From assembly GCA_030704615.1 (NCBI GenBank), contig CM060733.1, positions 15,624,001 through 15,688,000 on the forward strand: a stretch of DNA of 64,000 bases. Reading direction: 5' to 3'. This DNA comes from Takakia lepidozioides (Eukaryota; Plantae; Bryophyta). The notes below the pieces were generated by a model. That model saw only the letters and a list, made by a program, of their open reading frames with translations. It ran no database searches and had not been told where the DNA came from. Made by a program: the position numbers and the translations under genes. Shown piece by piece: positions 1-13,965 of the stretch (its first letter is position 1; each line of letters opens with the position of its first letter).

Positions 1-1515
1 TTCTTGAACCGGTGCATACTGATCTATGCGGTCATATGTCGTCTGAATCTCATGAAGGTGCAAAGTATTTTTTGACCTTCACTGATGAGTTTTCATAGAA
101 AAAATTTCTTTACATGATGTAGAATAAGTTTGGAGTTCTCGATAGATTCAAAACATTCAAAGCTTTGGTGGAGAATCAAACTGGAGAAATGATCAAAATA
201 CTTCGGTGTGATGGCGGTGGTGAGTACATCTCAAGGAATTTTAATCAATTCTATAAGGAGAATGGTATTGTGAAACAATCAATCACACCATATACGCTAA
301 AGAAGAATGGAGTTGCATAGAGGACGCTTGTTGAAAGTGTGAAGAGTATGTTGCAACACATGAGGTTGGACCACGTTTCTGGGTAGAAGTAGTGGCGACT
401 GCAACATATCTCTGTAATCGACTTCATACTAAGGCAATCTCTACAAAGACACCTAAAGAGGTTTGGAAGGGTGAGAAACCTTCAGGTGATCATTTGCGCG
501 TCTTTGGGTATGTTGCATTTGCCCTCACAAAAAAAAGTATGCCCTCACATATTCCAAAAGAAGTAAGGAAGAAATTGGATGCAAAAAGCATCAAGTGTAT
601 CTTCATTGGTTATTGTGAAGAAACCAAAGGGTATAAGTTGTATAACCCTGAGAGCAAGTATGTGATCATCAGTTGTGATGTGATATTCAATGAGTCTAGG
701 AACTTTAATCAAAAAACAGTAGTTCCAAGTTTGGACCATGAAAAAAAGAACTTGGCTCTAACACATGAAGATAAAATGGAAGTGAAGATTGTTGAAGAGA
801 TAGTTGAGGTTCAAATGGAGGAGGCACAATCTATAATGATTGAAAAATCCTCAAAGGTTTCTTCTGCCTATTTCATTGACAGTGATGAACCTCAAAGTGT
901 GTCAGATGCAATGAGGAGTGGGACTCTTCACACTAGAAGGAAGCTATGGCATCTGAGTTTAAGTCTCTTCAGGATAATAAGACTTGGAGTCTTGTTCAAC
1001 TTCCATCTGGACGGCAATCTGTTGGCTGCAAATGGATTTTCAAGATTAAGTACAATGCAGATGGTTCTGTAGCAAGGTACAAAGCGCGCTTGGTTGCAAA
1101 GGGGTTTTCGCAAATTGAAGGTATTGATTACAATGAAACCTTCTCCCCTGTTGTACGGATGAAGTCAATTCAAGTGATTCTAGCGTTTGCTGCTGTTGAA
1201 AATCTTGAGGTACATCAGATGGATGTATGTAGAGCCTTTCTCAATGGAGATCTTATGGAAGAAATATACATGGACCAGCCGGAGGGATTTGCTGTTAAAA
1301 GGAAGGAGATGATGGTTTGTAAGCTCCTAAAGTCCTTGTATGGTTTGAAGCAATCCCCTAGGGCATGGAATGCTAAGATTGATGCATATTTCATGGCTGA
1401 AGAGTTTGAGAAGAGCTATGCTGATTATAGTGTTTACTATAAGAGGGCTCATGGAAACTCTTCTGTGATCATAATATTGTATGTTGATGATTTGATCTTG
1501 GTCTCTAATGACTTG

Positions 1516-2006
1516 ACTTTGTTGAAACACATACGGAGTGTCAATATCTCAAATGAGATTGAGATAGTGGTTGTGTGATCATAACAAATTGACTTTGTTG
1601 AAACAAAGACAAAGTGATATCTCAAAGAGGTTTGAGATGGTGGATCTGAAAGAGATCCTGTGATCACGTGTTAATGATCAGTCTTTGTTGAAAAGACAAA
1701 GTGATATCTCAAAGAGGTTTGAGATGGTGGATCTGAAAGAGATCTTGTGATCATGTGTTAATGATCAGTCTTTGTTGAAAAGACAAAGTGATATCTCAAA
1801 GAGGTTTGAGATGGTGGATCTGAAAGAGATCCTATGATCATGTATTAATGATCAATCTTTGTTGAAAAGACAAAGTGATATCTCAAAGAGGTTTGAGATG
1901 GTGGATCTGAAAGGGATCCTGTGATCATGTGTTGATCAGGCTCTGTTGAAAAAGACAAAGCGATATCTCAATGAAGTTTTGAGATGGTGGATCTAAAAGA
2001 GATCCA
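1516..2006 (+). repeat. Tandem repeat, ~87-bp unit, about 6 copies, inside the copia RT
   Basis: Units begin near 1516, 1591, 1681, 1768, 1855 and 1939; core ctttgttgaaaagacaaagtgatatctcaaagaggtttgagatggtggatctgaaagagatc. Confidence 0.95.
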
Positions 2007-2906
2007 GTACTGCTTGGGGGTATCGGTAACTCGTGTTCGACAAGACCGAACAATTTACCTGAACCAGCGTAAGTATCTTGAAGATATCTTAAGGCGCTTT
2101 GGTATGGCTGAAAGTATGCCGGTAAATACCCCGTTTGTCCCAAATTGCAAACTCTCAAAGGAGATGAGTCCTAAGAGTGCTGTAGATTTGGAGACAATGA
2201 GAGATGTTCCCTATCATAGTGCACAAGCAGTGGGGGTTGTAAGCCAATATGTGACTAACCCTGGGCAACTCCATTGGGTTGCAGTAAAACGGATTTTCCG
2301 TTATCTGAGAGGCACACTGGACTATGGTTTGTCATTGAGAAAAAACAATGATAATGTTCAGTTGGATCAAGTGGGTTCATATGGTATCTCAGATAGTGCT
2401 TGCAAAAGCACAAAGCTATACGGCTATTGTGATGCAGATTGGACTGGTAATATTGATGACCACCACTCTACATCTGGCTATGTTTTTATACTAGCAAATG
2501 GAGCTGTAAGCTGGAGCAGCAAGAAGCAATCTACAATTGTTATGTCCTCGACTGAGGCAGGATATATGGCTGCATCTCAAGCTACAAGGCAAGCATTATG
2601 GTTATCATCATTTCTATCTAGTATTGGTCATCCACAGAGGGATACCATGGTCATATATGATGACAACAAGGGTGTATTGCTCTTTCAAAGAATCCAATGT
2701 TTCATGCTCTCACAAAGCATATTGAGATTCATCATCATTTGGTAGGAGAGAAGACTGAAGCTCGAGTTGTCAAGCTTGTATATTGCAACACCAACAACAT
2801 GGTTGCAGACATACTGACAAAAGGGCTTAGTGCTGAAAAGCTTGAACGCTTTCGAGGCTTGATGAGAGTAGTTAAGTGCTTAACTTGGTAACTTGTTGAG
2901 TGGGGG

Positions 2907-3276
2907 TGTTGGAAATCAACTCCTGACCAAGTTACTACTACCTAGAGTGACTGTGATGACAAGTCAGGCTTCCATAATAGCAGTGCTGACAAGTCACAGG
3001 TAACAAAAGAGATAAGCCTCAGTTACCTAAAAGATAGCTAAAGTTAGCTTCAGTTATTATTACTGACTCAAGTCATTGTATTGGAGATAACTTGATAACT
3101 TAAGTAAAAGCATAGAGTTATGCTATAGTTATCTCAGCTATCTCTGGATTAGACTTTGAGTATAAATAGGGAGAGCTCGGAGGGTGGACACACAACTTGT
3201 TGTGGTCCTATGGTTGGGTGGAGTGTTCTTAGTAATCAGTTCATATTTTATCTTTATTCTCTGTCGAATTCCAACA
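2907..3276 (+). repeat. 3' LTR of the copia element (370 bp)
   Basis: Begins TGTTGGAA right after the PPT and ends TTCCAACA (8-bp perfect inverted termini); TATAAATA at 3161. Confidence 0.9.
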
Positions 3277-3365
3277 ATTCCTAGTATCATCCTATTTATT
3301 AAAGTGAGTAGGTATGTTTTGCAGAATATGGGACGGTCAGTATGTTTTAGAGTTAGTTAGTTTAA

Positions 3366-3643
3366 CAGTGTTTTTCTTAAGAAATTTGGAAAACAGCACC
3401 GGTGGCTACAGAGTTTTTGCAAAAAAAAGCCGTACATTCTGTTCATCCACTTGAATTCATCCATCTCTGTACTTTAATCCATTTATATCATCCATATTTG
3501 GAAAATTCATCCATAGTTTATTTTTTTATTTGGAAAAATTTGGAGATTTCATCCATGGAAAAACAAGGAAATTACGACAGAATATTCTATTTCATTTTTT
3601 GAGGTCGAAATCTGGCGAAAATTCGCCACTAAAAAAAACGCTG
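3366..3643. mobile_element. Putative short non-autonomous hAT-like MITE upstream of eIF2B-alpha
   Basis: Imperfect inverted ends cagtgtttttcttaa / ctaaaaaaaacgctg (12/15); repeated internal TCATCCA motif; gttagttagt on both flanks, offset by 4 nt on the left. Confidence 0.45.
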
Positions 3644-5187
3644 GTTAGTTAGTGAGAGAGAGAGAAGAAAAGGAGCAAAGAAAGAAGAAGAAGAAGGGGC
3701 GCAGGAATAGGGCGGGCAGGCGGGCATAGGCCTGTCTCTCAGCCCACGCTCGCTCTGCTCATACGCCGTGCATAGCCGCGCATGGCTATGGCGCTGCGCC
3801 TGCGACCTGCTAGGTCGCTCTCTCTGCGCTCTCTCACGCTCGTGCTCGTGCATGTCGGTTGATTATGGGATTTCGTGTTTGCTCGCTGGATTTTTCCTGT
3901 CCTTTCTCTGTATCTCCATATAATATTGATGTGTCTCAGAGGGATGGTCAATAGCGGTTTTGGAATCCTTACGGTTGGTTCTTTTGTCGACGTGTCTTTC
4001 CTGTGCCCTCTTGTAGTTGTGAAGTCTTATCGCTCGTTGGTCCGCTGTCTCTGTGTGGTTTCGTGTAATGGAATGCGACCTTCGGGATTAAGGGCGCGAT
4101 GGCGGGATCCAATCCAGTCTGATTAATCTGATGTGAATTTTGCGCTCAGATCATTATGCTAATAGCAACATGCTAAGACGTGACGGGATCGAGTGAATGA
4201 GGCCATACTTTTGCTACTTTGCATGGTTCATCGCTGCACGCTGGCTTGAAGTAGAACTAAGGTTGGAAATTACTTACAGGTATTGTTCAATGCCTCATCA
4301 TGTCCAATTCATTGGTTGGATCTATGATTTTTCCACCTGTCGAATACAACCATGGTTATATCTACGTCCTTTATCGAAAAGCGGTCAATGGGGATTGTAC
4401 GCTTTTGATGAATTTGAGTGGAATTTCACCTGATCTTCCTCTTCCTCTATGAATCATGTTTAATTTGAGCTTGGACAACAGCCAATGTGATGTGATGCTG
4501 TGAGAGGATCTATGTTGGTTACCCAACGCGTAGATATGAAATACTTTGTGATCAAGTGTATTTTTACGTTTGCAGAAGGATGCCAACTATGAGCACAGCC
4601 TTTCAAAATTACAGAGCTATCTTGTGCAATGAATTTGGTTCATTTTGATATCATTAAGTTATCTGTCTCACCTTATCATGACTTTGCCAGCCTAAGAGCT
4701 GCCATGGCCATGCCAGAAGATGCAACCACTGAGTCAAGAATGACATTGCTTTCTTTTCAAAGCCACCAAGTTTCTGTCAGAAATAACGAATAGGCGCTGA
4801 TAATGGGAGTATAGTGGAAATTATAAACTGACACAATGGAAGCATACTACCATGCAAAATATTTCTCAAACTCTCACCTTGACTAAGCAACCGTGAACCT
4901 CTCACCAGGCTAGACCTTGTGTGAATTTTTGATAGGATATGACAGCACAGCTTATGCAGAAAGTCTTGACATATCCTGACTTGGGGAGCAGGCCTTTCTT
5001 TTTGGCATTTTTCAATGGGTTAATGGGGTTTGAGATTACTAACATGTGTTTTTAGGCCAAAACAGGTCCACTCTTAAAATGTGTTCAGGGAATGTATTCA
5101 GATTTGTAGTCAAAGTAGACGATTTGCAGCTAGTGAGCTTCTTGTCTCTGTAATTTGATGGTAGGGGTTGGGACAGGTGAACTAAAG

Positions 5188-8100
5188 ATGAAGATGAGTG
5201 ATATGGGTATCAGTGAAGGAAAAGCTGGCCTGCCTGCCACAGATTTGGCAGCAGGAGGTGTCACATTCGAGTGGTTGAGACAGGTAACATCACCAATAAT
5301 CAGCTAGCTGTACTTGCTAGTATGCACACATTTTGGTAGTGACCATGCCAATGAGTGAACTTGAAAGGGTTTTTGTGCCCAAATTTATTCCATTTTCTCA
5401 TTCATGGACTAGCCATGACTGTAGTGGTCATCATTGCCACTGCTGGTGTGAGCTGTATTCTGTAGAACTATAATTTGGCCATCTCCCGAGGATCTTTTGT
5501 TGAGCAACAACCTAATCTGCCGAGTATTCGGTTTGCAGCTTGTGCAGCTCCTAGGTATTATGTTTGCCGAACTGAAATTTTTGACTTTGTTGACATAGAG
5601 TTCTAAATGTTCTCGTTGTAGTTGGTTCACTTTGATGTAGGCTGAAGATGCGAGTCTGTATGGGGTGCCTGAGGAGTTCAATCCCATGAGTTTGCAATCA
5701 CTAGACGCCCAGGGACTTGAAGAAGGTGGGAGCCGTCGCTTCAGTGTGATAGAGGAGTTCAATTATTGGCGTAGAAAACCAGAGCTTGCGGAAGCTGTGG
5801 CAGCCATCAAGGCCTTGACAGCTGTCATCCAGCTGAGTGAGGCATCTACCATGATGGGCCTAGAAATTGAGCTCAAGAATGCTTCTGACGCCCTCAAGGT
5901 AGGTTTGCCTGATCAGAAGTAGCCTTAATTCACCTCTTGTCCTTGTTTCTTACTGTCATGCTGTATCATAGATACTGAACAGCTGACCACTATGCAAGGG
6001 ATTGGGTTATTGTAAGTATATTACAAGAGGAGGATTCTTTGGCCCCTTAGACCAGGTCTATGGCCATCCATTGAAGCCTACACTTTAGGTTACAGCTCGT
6101 CAATGGTTAATGGAATGTCTGATTTAGAGAAGCCATAATTGAAGGTCAAGTTGGGCATATGTTGGAAGGGTAAAATATGCTACCCAGGTCTTGCTGGGGG
6201 TCCTCATGTGTGCCAGTATGCTACCTAGTGTGGCTGGTTGAGGTTCGATGGTCATTTTGTTCTGTAATGGTCCAAGATAGTAGCTAGTAGATAGGGAACT
6301 TGTACCGACTGTTACAGTTCTTCAACCGCAACTGCACCTTACTGCAGTTTTAGTTGACGCTATTTTGTCATGGGTCCAAAAGGAGTTCTAACTAATCTAG
6401 CTTGTGATGCGTCCAAAGTTGTGGTCCAGAATGGTAGCTGCCAGTAAGCCACATTAAGTCAGCTCCTACTGCCTCAACTTGCAATTTGGCACCTACTGCA
6501 GTGCACTTGAACCTTTCAAGTAAATAGTGTATTCGACCCAGACTTTTGAGTCTCCTACCCGGCTTGACTGTGGGCATTGACCATTGACCTTGGGCATTTA
6601 ACCACCATTTTGTCCATAAAAAGGAATGAACTGCCACGCACCTGGGCCTTACTACTGGCTACATGTGAAGTTGCAAATTTCAGTATAAAACAAAACCTCA
6701 CAGACAACGTGCGCAGAAAGGGGGAGTAGCCTTCTTACAGGGGCAGCATGTATGGATGGTGGGGCATGGCATGGTCAGGCTGGGGATGAGACCTCTATAT
6801 CACTGTCTGCAGGCTGTGATCTTTTTATGCGTTATGTCACTCGCACGTCGGCACTGGAGTATGAGGATATTCGAGCTGGCAAGGCCCGTCTGATTGAGCG
6901 TGGGGAAAGGTTTGGCGAGATTTCTCTGAAGGTATTTGGATGGCTACTTGCTACTTGGCTACTTCCTCAATAGCTGTGAGAGGGTCATTTCCTTGACTGC
7001 TGAAAAAGTATGAGTTGGCATGACAGGCAAGGAGGACAATTGCCATGCTTGGTCAAGACTTTGTACGTGACGGGAGCACCATTCTCACACATGGCTTCTC
7101 CAGGGTGGTGCTAGCACTGCTGAAGTTGGCCGCATCTAATGGAAAACATTTCAGCGTTCTCTGTACAGGTGCATCTTCTGCCATCCTAGATTTTCCCTAG
7201 GCAAGAATGACTCTCTTTCTTCTTCCTTTTGTCTTTCTGTTAGTAAGCGCAGTGGTGGCATTCAACGACCGTGGGGAGGGAGGAGGGGATCTCAAATGGA
7301 AATGGGGTGACAAAGAGATCCCTGTAATCCCTTCCTACACATATCTTGGTGTTGAGTTTTTGTCCAACTGTAACTGGGATGCGCACATTCAAAAAGTGAT
7401 ACAATCAGCTAAACGCAAAGCCACTGCATAGGGATTAATACTGAAGTAAAAAGGACCATGCTTTGCAACGTTGTTAGGCCTGCCTTGGAGTATGCATCTG
7501 CTGTGTGGGTTGACAATTCCAACCATGCAAAATTTCTAGAATCCCCTTAAGCTCTCGACGTGATGATTTCAAGGTCAGACGGTGGGGTCAAGGGTCACCT
7601 TCATTTGCATTCTCAACGCCTGTGCCACCCTAGGATGAATTGCATGCCAAATACCAGATACCCTAAGATAATCGACGGCATTTCCTGGGAGCAAGACTGT
7701 CCTGTTAAACAGGCCCAGTCTTGGCGGGAAACGGTAGATGAGAATTTCAAGTATCTGAATATCACTCCTGATGAATTGACCCTACTGGATGAAGTTGACC
7801 TGGAGGGGGTTGTGTCCAAAGCCATGTCTGATACCCAAAGACTGTCCGATGAAAATGAAGTTAGGCATAAAACTTCCCTGAATTTGTTTCCAGTCCGTGG
7901 CATGGGCGAGGACCTTGAGGATGCTCTGAAGGGCCTACCTACCCTCGGCACTGGACTGAAGTCTAAACTCGGGCAGGAAGCCTACCTTTGGACAAGAACA
8001 GATGGAGAGAGGAAGAGGAGATTTTAACTCCCCAATGTGCGGGCAGCCTGAAGACAATATCCATATTCTAATCTCACCAGAGAGTGACCCTCTTCAGGAC

Positions 8101-9636
8101 GATCAAGAACATTGTCCCTGCTCACCAACTTCCAAAATATAGAGGCTGAGCCTAAAGCCCTGGCCCTCTGGGGGGTCTAATTGCTGGGCAGCTCACATAG
8201 AGCAAGTTGATGCTTGTGTGAAGGGCTTTCTAGAGGATATCTGGAAAACCCTTAAACTTATCAAGGTAAGTCACACTTCCGGAGTGAGCCCCTGACAAAG
8301 GTAGTTTCTGGTCCCTTTTGTTTGGCCCGAACTGGGCGTGGGGTCTATGGCCACAAGGCTATGGCAAACAACGTCTTATGAGTACGTTCTTTCTGTCTGC
8401 AGATTCCCAGTCCTAGCAGAGGCCATTGCTCAGTGGCATACCTGCATGAGGCACTCTACATTCATGCAAAACTTTGAGCTCTGAGTTGTTCTTTGGGTCT
8501 AATGTACTCTGTTGTTCTGCTTCTGTAGCTTCAGACCTCTCAGGGATGTAATAAATTTCTTTGTTTCTGGACAAGAGATGCCATCTCTGGCAGCAGCAGC
8601 GATCTCTCTCTCCATATGTCCCTCCATATCTATGATGTATTAATTGTCTTCTTCTTTTCCCTCTGGGAACTCTCAAGTGAGTACATCTGGCTGTGGTCTG
8701 GGTGGATTATGCACGAGGCGGGGGTATGAGACTGAGGTAGCACAAATTTTGTTGTTTGTCAATGATAATGATTGTGTATTCGGTGTGCAGAAGGCAGGCC
8801 AGACAGCACAGGGGCAGAGACAGCGAAGGAGCTGGTGTCAGCTGGGATTCCTGTGACTTTGATACTGGACTCAGGTGTGGCGTACATGATGGAGAAAGTG
8901 GATATGGTGCTGGTGGGTGCGGAAGGTGTGGTGGAGAGTGGGGGCATCATCAACATGCTTGGAACATACCAGGCTGCACTGGTTGCCCGTAGCATGAACA
9001 AACCTGTTTATGTTGCTGCTGAGAGCTACAAGGTACGTCTTGTGCGAAACTCTGTTACCTTGATTGTGAGAGGTTTTACCCATTTTTGCTTGTCTCCATG
9101 GGCTTGCTTGTCTCTTGAGGGCCATAGTTGTTGCATCGGGCTTGGACACGGTTGACAGAGATAGAGATGTTTGGAGGTCTGAAATTGCCTATAGGCTCCA
9201 TGTGACATAGAAAATGTGCATTCAACAGTCACCTATACAGAACATGCATGCATTTTGGACGTTCGAACATGCATAATTTTAAATCATGCATTTTGCATTG
9301 GCATTTTAGTTTAAGTTATTTATGTGGTAAATGTGCTTTTGTTGGAAGTTGAGAAAGCTCTTCTCATTGGAAATAGGGTGGGCCATCGCAGTCCCTGAAA
9401 TGTACTAACAGTGCTTATCGATCTGGCAGTTTGCACGGCTTTATCCCCTTGATCAAAGGGACCTGTCATCAGCCCCCCATCATGTGGACTTTGAAGTGCC
9501 AGTCCCTCAGTCAGTGAACGTGGAGAATTCTGCGAGGGACTACACCCCGCCCCAATATCTTACTCTGTTGTTCACAGATCTGGGAGTGTTGACCCCGTCA
9601 GCTGTGAGTGATGAGCTGATTCAGCTTTATCTTTGA
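5188..9636 (+). CDS. eIF2B-alpha: Translation initiation factor eIF-2B subunit alpha; exons 5188-5283, 5641-5898, 6779-6931, 7027-7168, 8791-9032, 9430-9636
   Basis: GT-AG introns with matching phases; motifs ELAEAVAAIKAL, SISLSAGCDLFMRYVTR, THGFSRVV, EGRPD, VGAEGVVESGGIINMLGTYQ, DYTPPQYLTLLFTDLGVLTPSAVSDELIQLYL*. The first coding exon is inferred. Confidence 0.93.
7241..8387 (+). mobile_element. 5'-truncated degenerate RTE-X-like LINE (family A) in an eIF2B-alpha intron
   Basis: RT C-terminal remnants (YTYLGVEF; RPALEYASAVW); family 3' end ...ggcaaacaacgtcttatgagtac; target-site duplication tctttctgt at 7232-7240 and 8388-8396. Confidence 0.88.
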
Positions 9637-11176
9637 CGTCTGGGTTTTCTATATGGGGACCAAAGTACAGTGCCCCCTTGTTTACAACTTTCTATACTAG
9701 CAGCATACATTAGCAAGCTGGTATGATTGTAGATCAATTGTGATGACATGTCACTGTTTTACCTCCTAGACCAATAGGCAGGTCAAAGTTCTACATTTTG
9801 AAGCACGGATATTTCGTGGAAATCCAACAGCTTTCGCTGGGTGAAGGCTCTGCTGTGTTAAAGGATAACGCTTCAGTAAGTTTTGCAGGCGGGTAGAGTT
9901 TTTCCGATTTTATGAGGGAAGGATGCTGTATGCAATGTGGATCAACTAAAGTTGTGAAGCAAATTTCAAATTTCACTCCGTGTCAAATCTATTTGTATAA
10001 CAATGGCATCTGAGGATTCTTAACGAAAGTGCTGAACAAAACGGGTAAGGATGCACCCATGGGGTGGGGGGTCATTAGGGATCCCCCATCGAAGGGAATT
10101 TATGCAGGTACACATGACTTTGAACCTCTGCTTGGCTGATGGTTGTGGGTTCCCAGGAGCTGCTGGTCTGGCAAATTAGGCAGCACTGCACTGCCATAGA
10201 GGGGTCAAGGTGACACAGCTTAGTAGGTGGCTGCAAAACTGTGATGATTTCTGGAGGCGACTTTCTTATCATCATACATAAGTACATGGCTCAGACCTGT
10301 AAGGTCGGTTCCAGACAAAACACTAAAATGTGGCTCTAATCCACCTCTTTGTCCCTTACATAGATGCCATGTCAGCAAGAGCCACCACTAGCCAGTGGAC
10401 AAGCCTGGGGCCTTTTCAAACCAAAATGCGAAGAAGAATGGTGCAAGTGGACAAAATCAAACCATGTGTTCTCTCTCTTTCTTTGTTTAGGATGTTTTGT
10501 TGAAAGTACCGCACTCATGGAGCCTTCAGAATGAGCTCTCCCTTCAGCACTTGCTCATTAGATTTTGCTGTTCATGTGAAGGTCATGCAGGCTTTGAGAA
10601 AATTGATTTGCAAATATGTCATGCACCTGTTTAAGACAAGTCTCCATGATTCATGGCTTCACACTAGAGAGGATGGGCTGCTACAGAGCAAGATGGGAGG
10701 AGATGGAGCCATAATAAAGAGGTGGAGAGAGCCGTCAAGAGGCTTCAATAGGTTTTATCCACCGGAGAAGATTTGAAGTCCTGCATTTCAGAGGTTCCTC
10801 ACTACAGACCATGAATGTACATAGCTGTCACATCCCCGTGAAGGTCTCCTCGCAAGACTGTGAGGCCATAAATCCTGCAAGGAATGCCAGATTTTATCAT
10901 CACTAAAAAAAAGGGGGTGTACTAGCAGGGTTAATCACCAGTGACGAAAAAGTGCGTGTGGCCAATATCCATCGCACACACTCACTTTGTGTCCGGGGTA
11001 AATGTAAACTTGTTTTCCAACTATTTTCATACCAGAAATCGATCCTATAATCAGATATGAGGGATTTGAAAACTCATGGCCTGGCGGGCTTAAAATCTCA
11101 CAAACCAGTTTTGCATGTCACACAAACAAAGACGTCTCAAAATATGATTCGTTTATGGAAGGGACTGGCACTGACA

Positions 11177-13215
11177 TCATGGACCCGTCACTGTCTGCTT
11201 CTCAACAAATTCTGCACCCATCTGCACTTCACCATTATGAGGGCTGGAAACCTCCCCTTCCTTTAAAATTGAGCTCCTAGAATTGTTCTCCCCCTTACAG
11301 ACTTCCTTGGGACTCTTGCACAGAGTATCATCCTCCTCCACCGGTGAACGTGGTTCGTCACCTCCATCATTGTCACCCTCTGTAGTTTCCCGTGTCCTGG
11401 AATTCACACCATACTTGCTCCGTGTTGAACTTGGCTCCTCCAGGGCCATGGTCTTCCCTTCATAGGCTTCCACCTCTGTGGAACTCCCACACTCACTATC
11501 AGCATCCTTGTCCTCAGTCAAACTTGGCTCTTCAGCAGCCTTGAGGGCCATGTTTGCACGCAACTCCATGAGATCCCTCTCCCATTTGCGGATGTTGTCA
11601 TCTAGGGATCCAATTGATTGCTCATGCTTGGACTTCAACAAAGCCTATTCTCACAAGCAAACAACAGTGTGTCAGTTTTGGCCGGCTGTCCACTAAACCA
11701 TTGGTCCTTTGGTAAGGAAAATGATATAACTTATAAAACCGATTCAAGAGCTTAGCACAACTTCAATAGTATGTGCTAATTAACAGTCTTTGTATATGGG
11801 AGGAAATAGGTGCTAGTGCTACCTTTCGCTTGGTGAATTTCCTAAAAACCTCGGGGATGTCATTCTCAGGTCTCTTGTAATTTCGCCCGCGGTACATTAT
11901 TATGGTCTTAGCCTGATGGATATTAACCACAACACCCCCGGTCAGCCTCTCTAGCTGCTCACCCATCCCTTTGATCCTCTCTTTTGCAAATTTGTCACAG
12001 CATAGCCGCACAGTCTCATGCTTCTTCCAGTGCATATGCATGTTCTGAATAGTGCCTCCAAAAATTCCTCGTCGCCCAATAGGCACATAGTTCTTGTTCT
12101 TGTATCCACGTCTCTTAAGTGCATGCAGCTGCTCTGGAGTGAGAATTTCAGGATCTGGATCAGCTTCAGGTAATTCTGGTACCTCATACTTCTTGAGCCG
12201 TTCTTCATGCAAAGCCCTCTTTATCTTCAGCTGCAAGAGGCTCCAAAAATCATTTATCACAAAATCGACACACACACACAGGTGATGCATTTCTACTCTG
12301 CTGCAATGGAATTACAACAAATGGGGTAGCTCAGTTACTGGCAGTGTAAAGGGATATAAGGGGCAACCGCTGCCAGTCACACAGGGGCATGTCAGCAGGG
12401 AGAATGTACTCTTAAGTCGTTGTTTGCCATAGCTTTGTGGCCATTGACCCCGCGCCCAGTTTGAGCGGAAGAGAGAGAGAGAGAGAGGTTCTAGGTACAC
12501 CTGTATAGTAATCATCCTTCCTCCAGTAACATCCCAAAGAAGGGTTTGCTGTTTAAATGGCTTACTTTGCATACTCAAATGTATCTCACATAATTCACAT
12601 GGTGAAGTATGGCAACAAACATTGACACCATGTTGCAAACCATCATACATGGGCATGCCCAGAAGTATGACTAAAGGCTCCTAATGCTGTATCTTGATCT
12701 TGTCCGTCCTTTGCTTAATTTGCTCCATAGAGGCTGCTACTTCCTTCAACACTATCTCCACAAACATCAGTTCCAAACCTGTTTATGAGTTTTTCTATGT
12801 GCTACAGAATGTGTTGCCACTGACTCTCTCATGTGACATTGCCAACATATAAATAGTCCAAGAAGATCCTGTGTATGGAAGTGGGGAAAACCTTTTCAAT
12901 TCGCCAGACAAGGGTCTCCTCTGGAGTCATACTGGTCTTCCTAGCCTCCCTCTCCATCTTCAGCTGTGTTGGATTGAGCCTAACCTCACTGGCTTTCTTC
13001 TTCTTCCTCTTCTTGGCAGCCTTCTTCATGTGGCTTTTATTACTCTTGAACCGAACGCCACCATCAACAAATGGGTGCCTGAGAGTAGAAGAGGGGAGAG
13101 GGCTCGTGTCCAACCCATACAATTTCACCCATCTCCCCAACTCCACTGTGGTCGATGTATAGTGTCTGACATGATCCAACAACTTCCGCAATGGTGGTCT
13201 GAAAGGGCTAAACAT
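11177..13215 (-). CDS. CRM (CRS1/YhbY)-domain organellar RNA-binding/splicing protein, CFM9-like; exons 13215-12892, 12230-11823, 11644-11177
   Basis: CRM domain YVPIGRRGIFGGTIQNMHMHWKKHETVRLCCDKF...IIMYRGRNY; basic N-terminus resembling a mitochondrial presequence; phase-0 GT-AG junctions; acidic tail. Confidence 0.88.
12405..12470 (-). mobile_element. Very short 3'-end copy of LINE family A in the CRM gene intron
   Basis: Reverse complement reads ttccgctcaaactgggcgcggggtcaatggccacaaagctatggcaaacaacgacttaagagtac, nearly identical to 35002-35067; abuts a (GA)n tract. Confidence 0.85.
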
Positions 13216-13887
13216 TGGCACTGCCCGAGCGTGACTCGCAGGCCTTTCATGTCCTTCCCACGCCTGCCACCACAGGTCCTTGTCCAACCCCCCAATCAAG
13301 CTATCCACCCTTTGAGAATAACATAGACAAACAGATTCGCTCTAAGCCATCGCCTACGAGTGACTGCGCGATACAATTTTGAGCTGCGTCTCATACACCC
13401 TGATGAGTTGCAACGGTAAGACTATCTCCCGGCTACTAGAGACTATGCCCTCAAACGAACGAACAGTCAATGAGTGCACCCACTCACAACTAAACAACCA
13501 AATCATCATTCACACGTTACAAAAAGTGGGCAAAGGGAGGCAGACTGCGGAATACATATACCCCAGTCTCAGGATCGAATGTTCGGCAATCCGCCCCTCA
13601 TTGAGTTGCGCACAGCATTTCCCCCACAGCATACTCAGGCATTGTCGACCAGCGCGCCCGGGTCCACCCCCAGCTCGAGAGCCCATGTGTCTCCGTGCAT
13701 CAAGACATAAGAATGCCACTACCTAGCTCTGTAGTCCAATCTACTACCAAGCATACTGCCACCTTGAGGAATTAATACACCCATGCATGCAATGTAGGGG
13801 CAGAACGAAGACGAAGCAAGAATCTTCCCAAAATTACCATATCCGGACAATGAAGGCGGACTCTTTGGGCATCGCAAGAGCTCCAAG

Positions 13888-13965
13888 CCCTAACCACTTA
13901 AACCCACCCGGCCCACAAAGAAGAACTCCTCCTCTAAACTCTAAACCCTTAAACCCTACCCTACA
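13888..13965. promoter_or_regulatory. Degenerate telo-box-like cluster in the CRM gene promoter/5' UTR region
   Basis: ctctaaactctaaacccttaaaccctaccctac with GGCCC site-II-like motifs nearby. Confidence 0.35.

Larger units (their letters stand above)
1..3276 (+). mobile_element. Ty1/copia LTR retrotransposon, 3' part (degenerate integrase, RT, RNase H, PPT, 3' LTR); 5' part lies outside the window
   Basis: Domain order integrase (RCDGGGEY; KLDAKSIKCIFIGY), RT (YKARLVAKGFSQ, HQMDV, LYGLKQSPRAW, LYVDD), RNase H (YCDADW, NMVADILTK); stops and frameshifts; purine tract 2898-2906 just before the LTR. Confidence 0.97.

Noticed and set aside
1516-2006. Repeat-spacer appearance suggesting a CRISPR array
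   Set aside because: The spacers are near-identical and RT-derived, the context is eukaryotic, and no cas genes are present.
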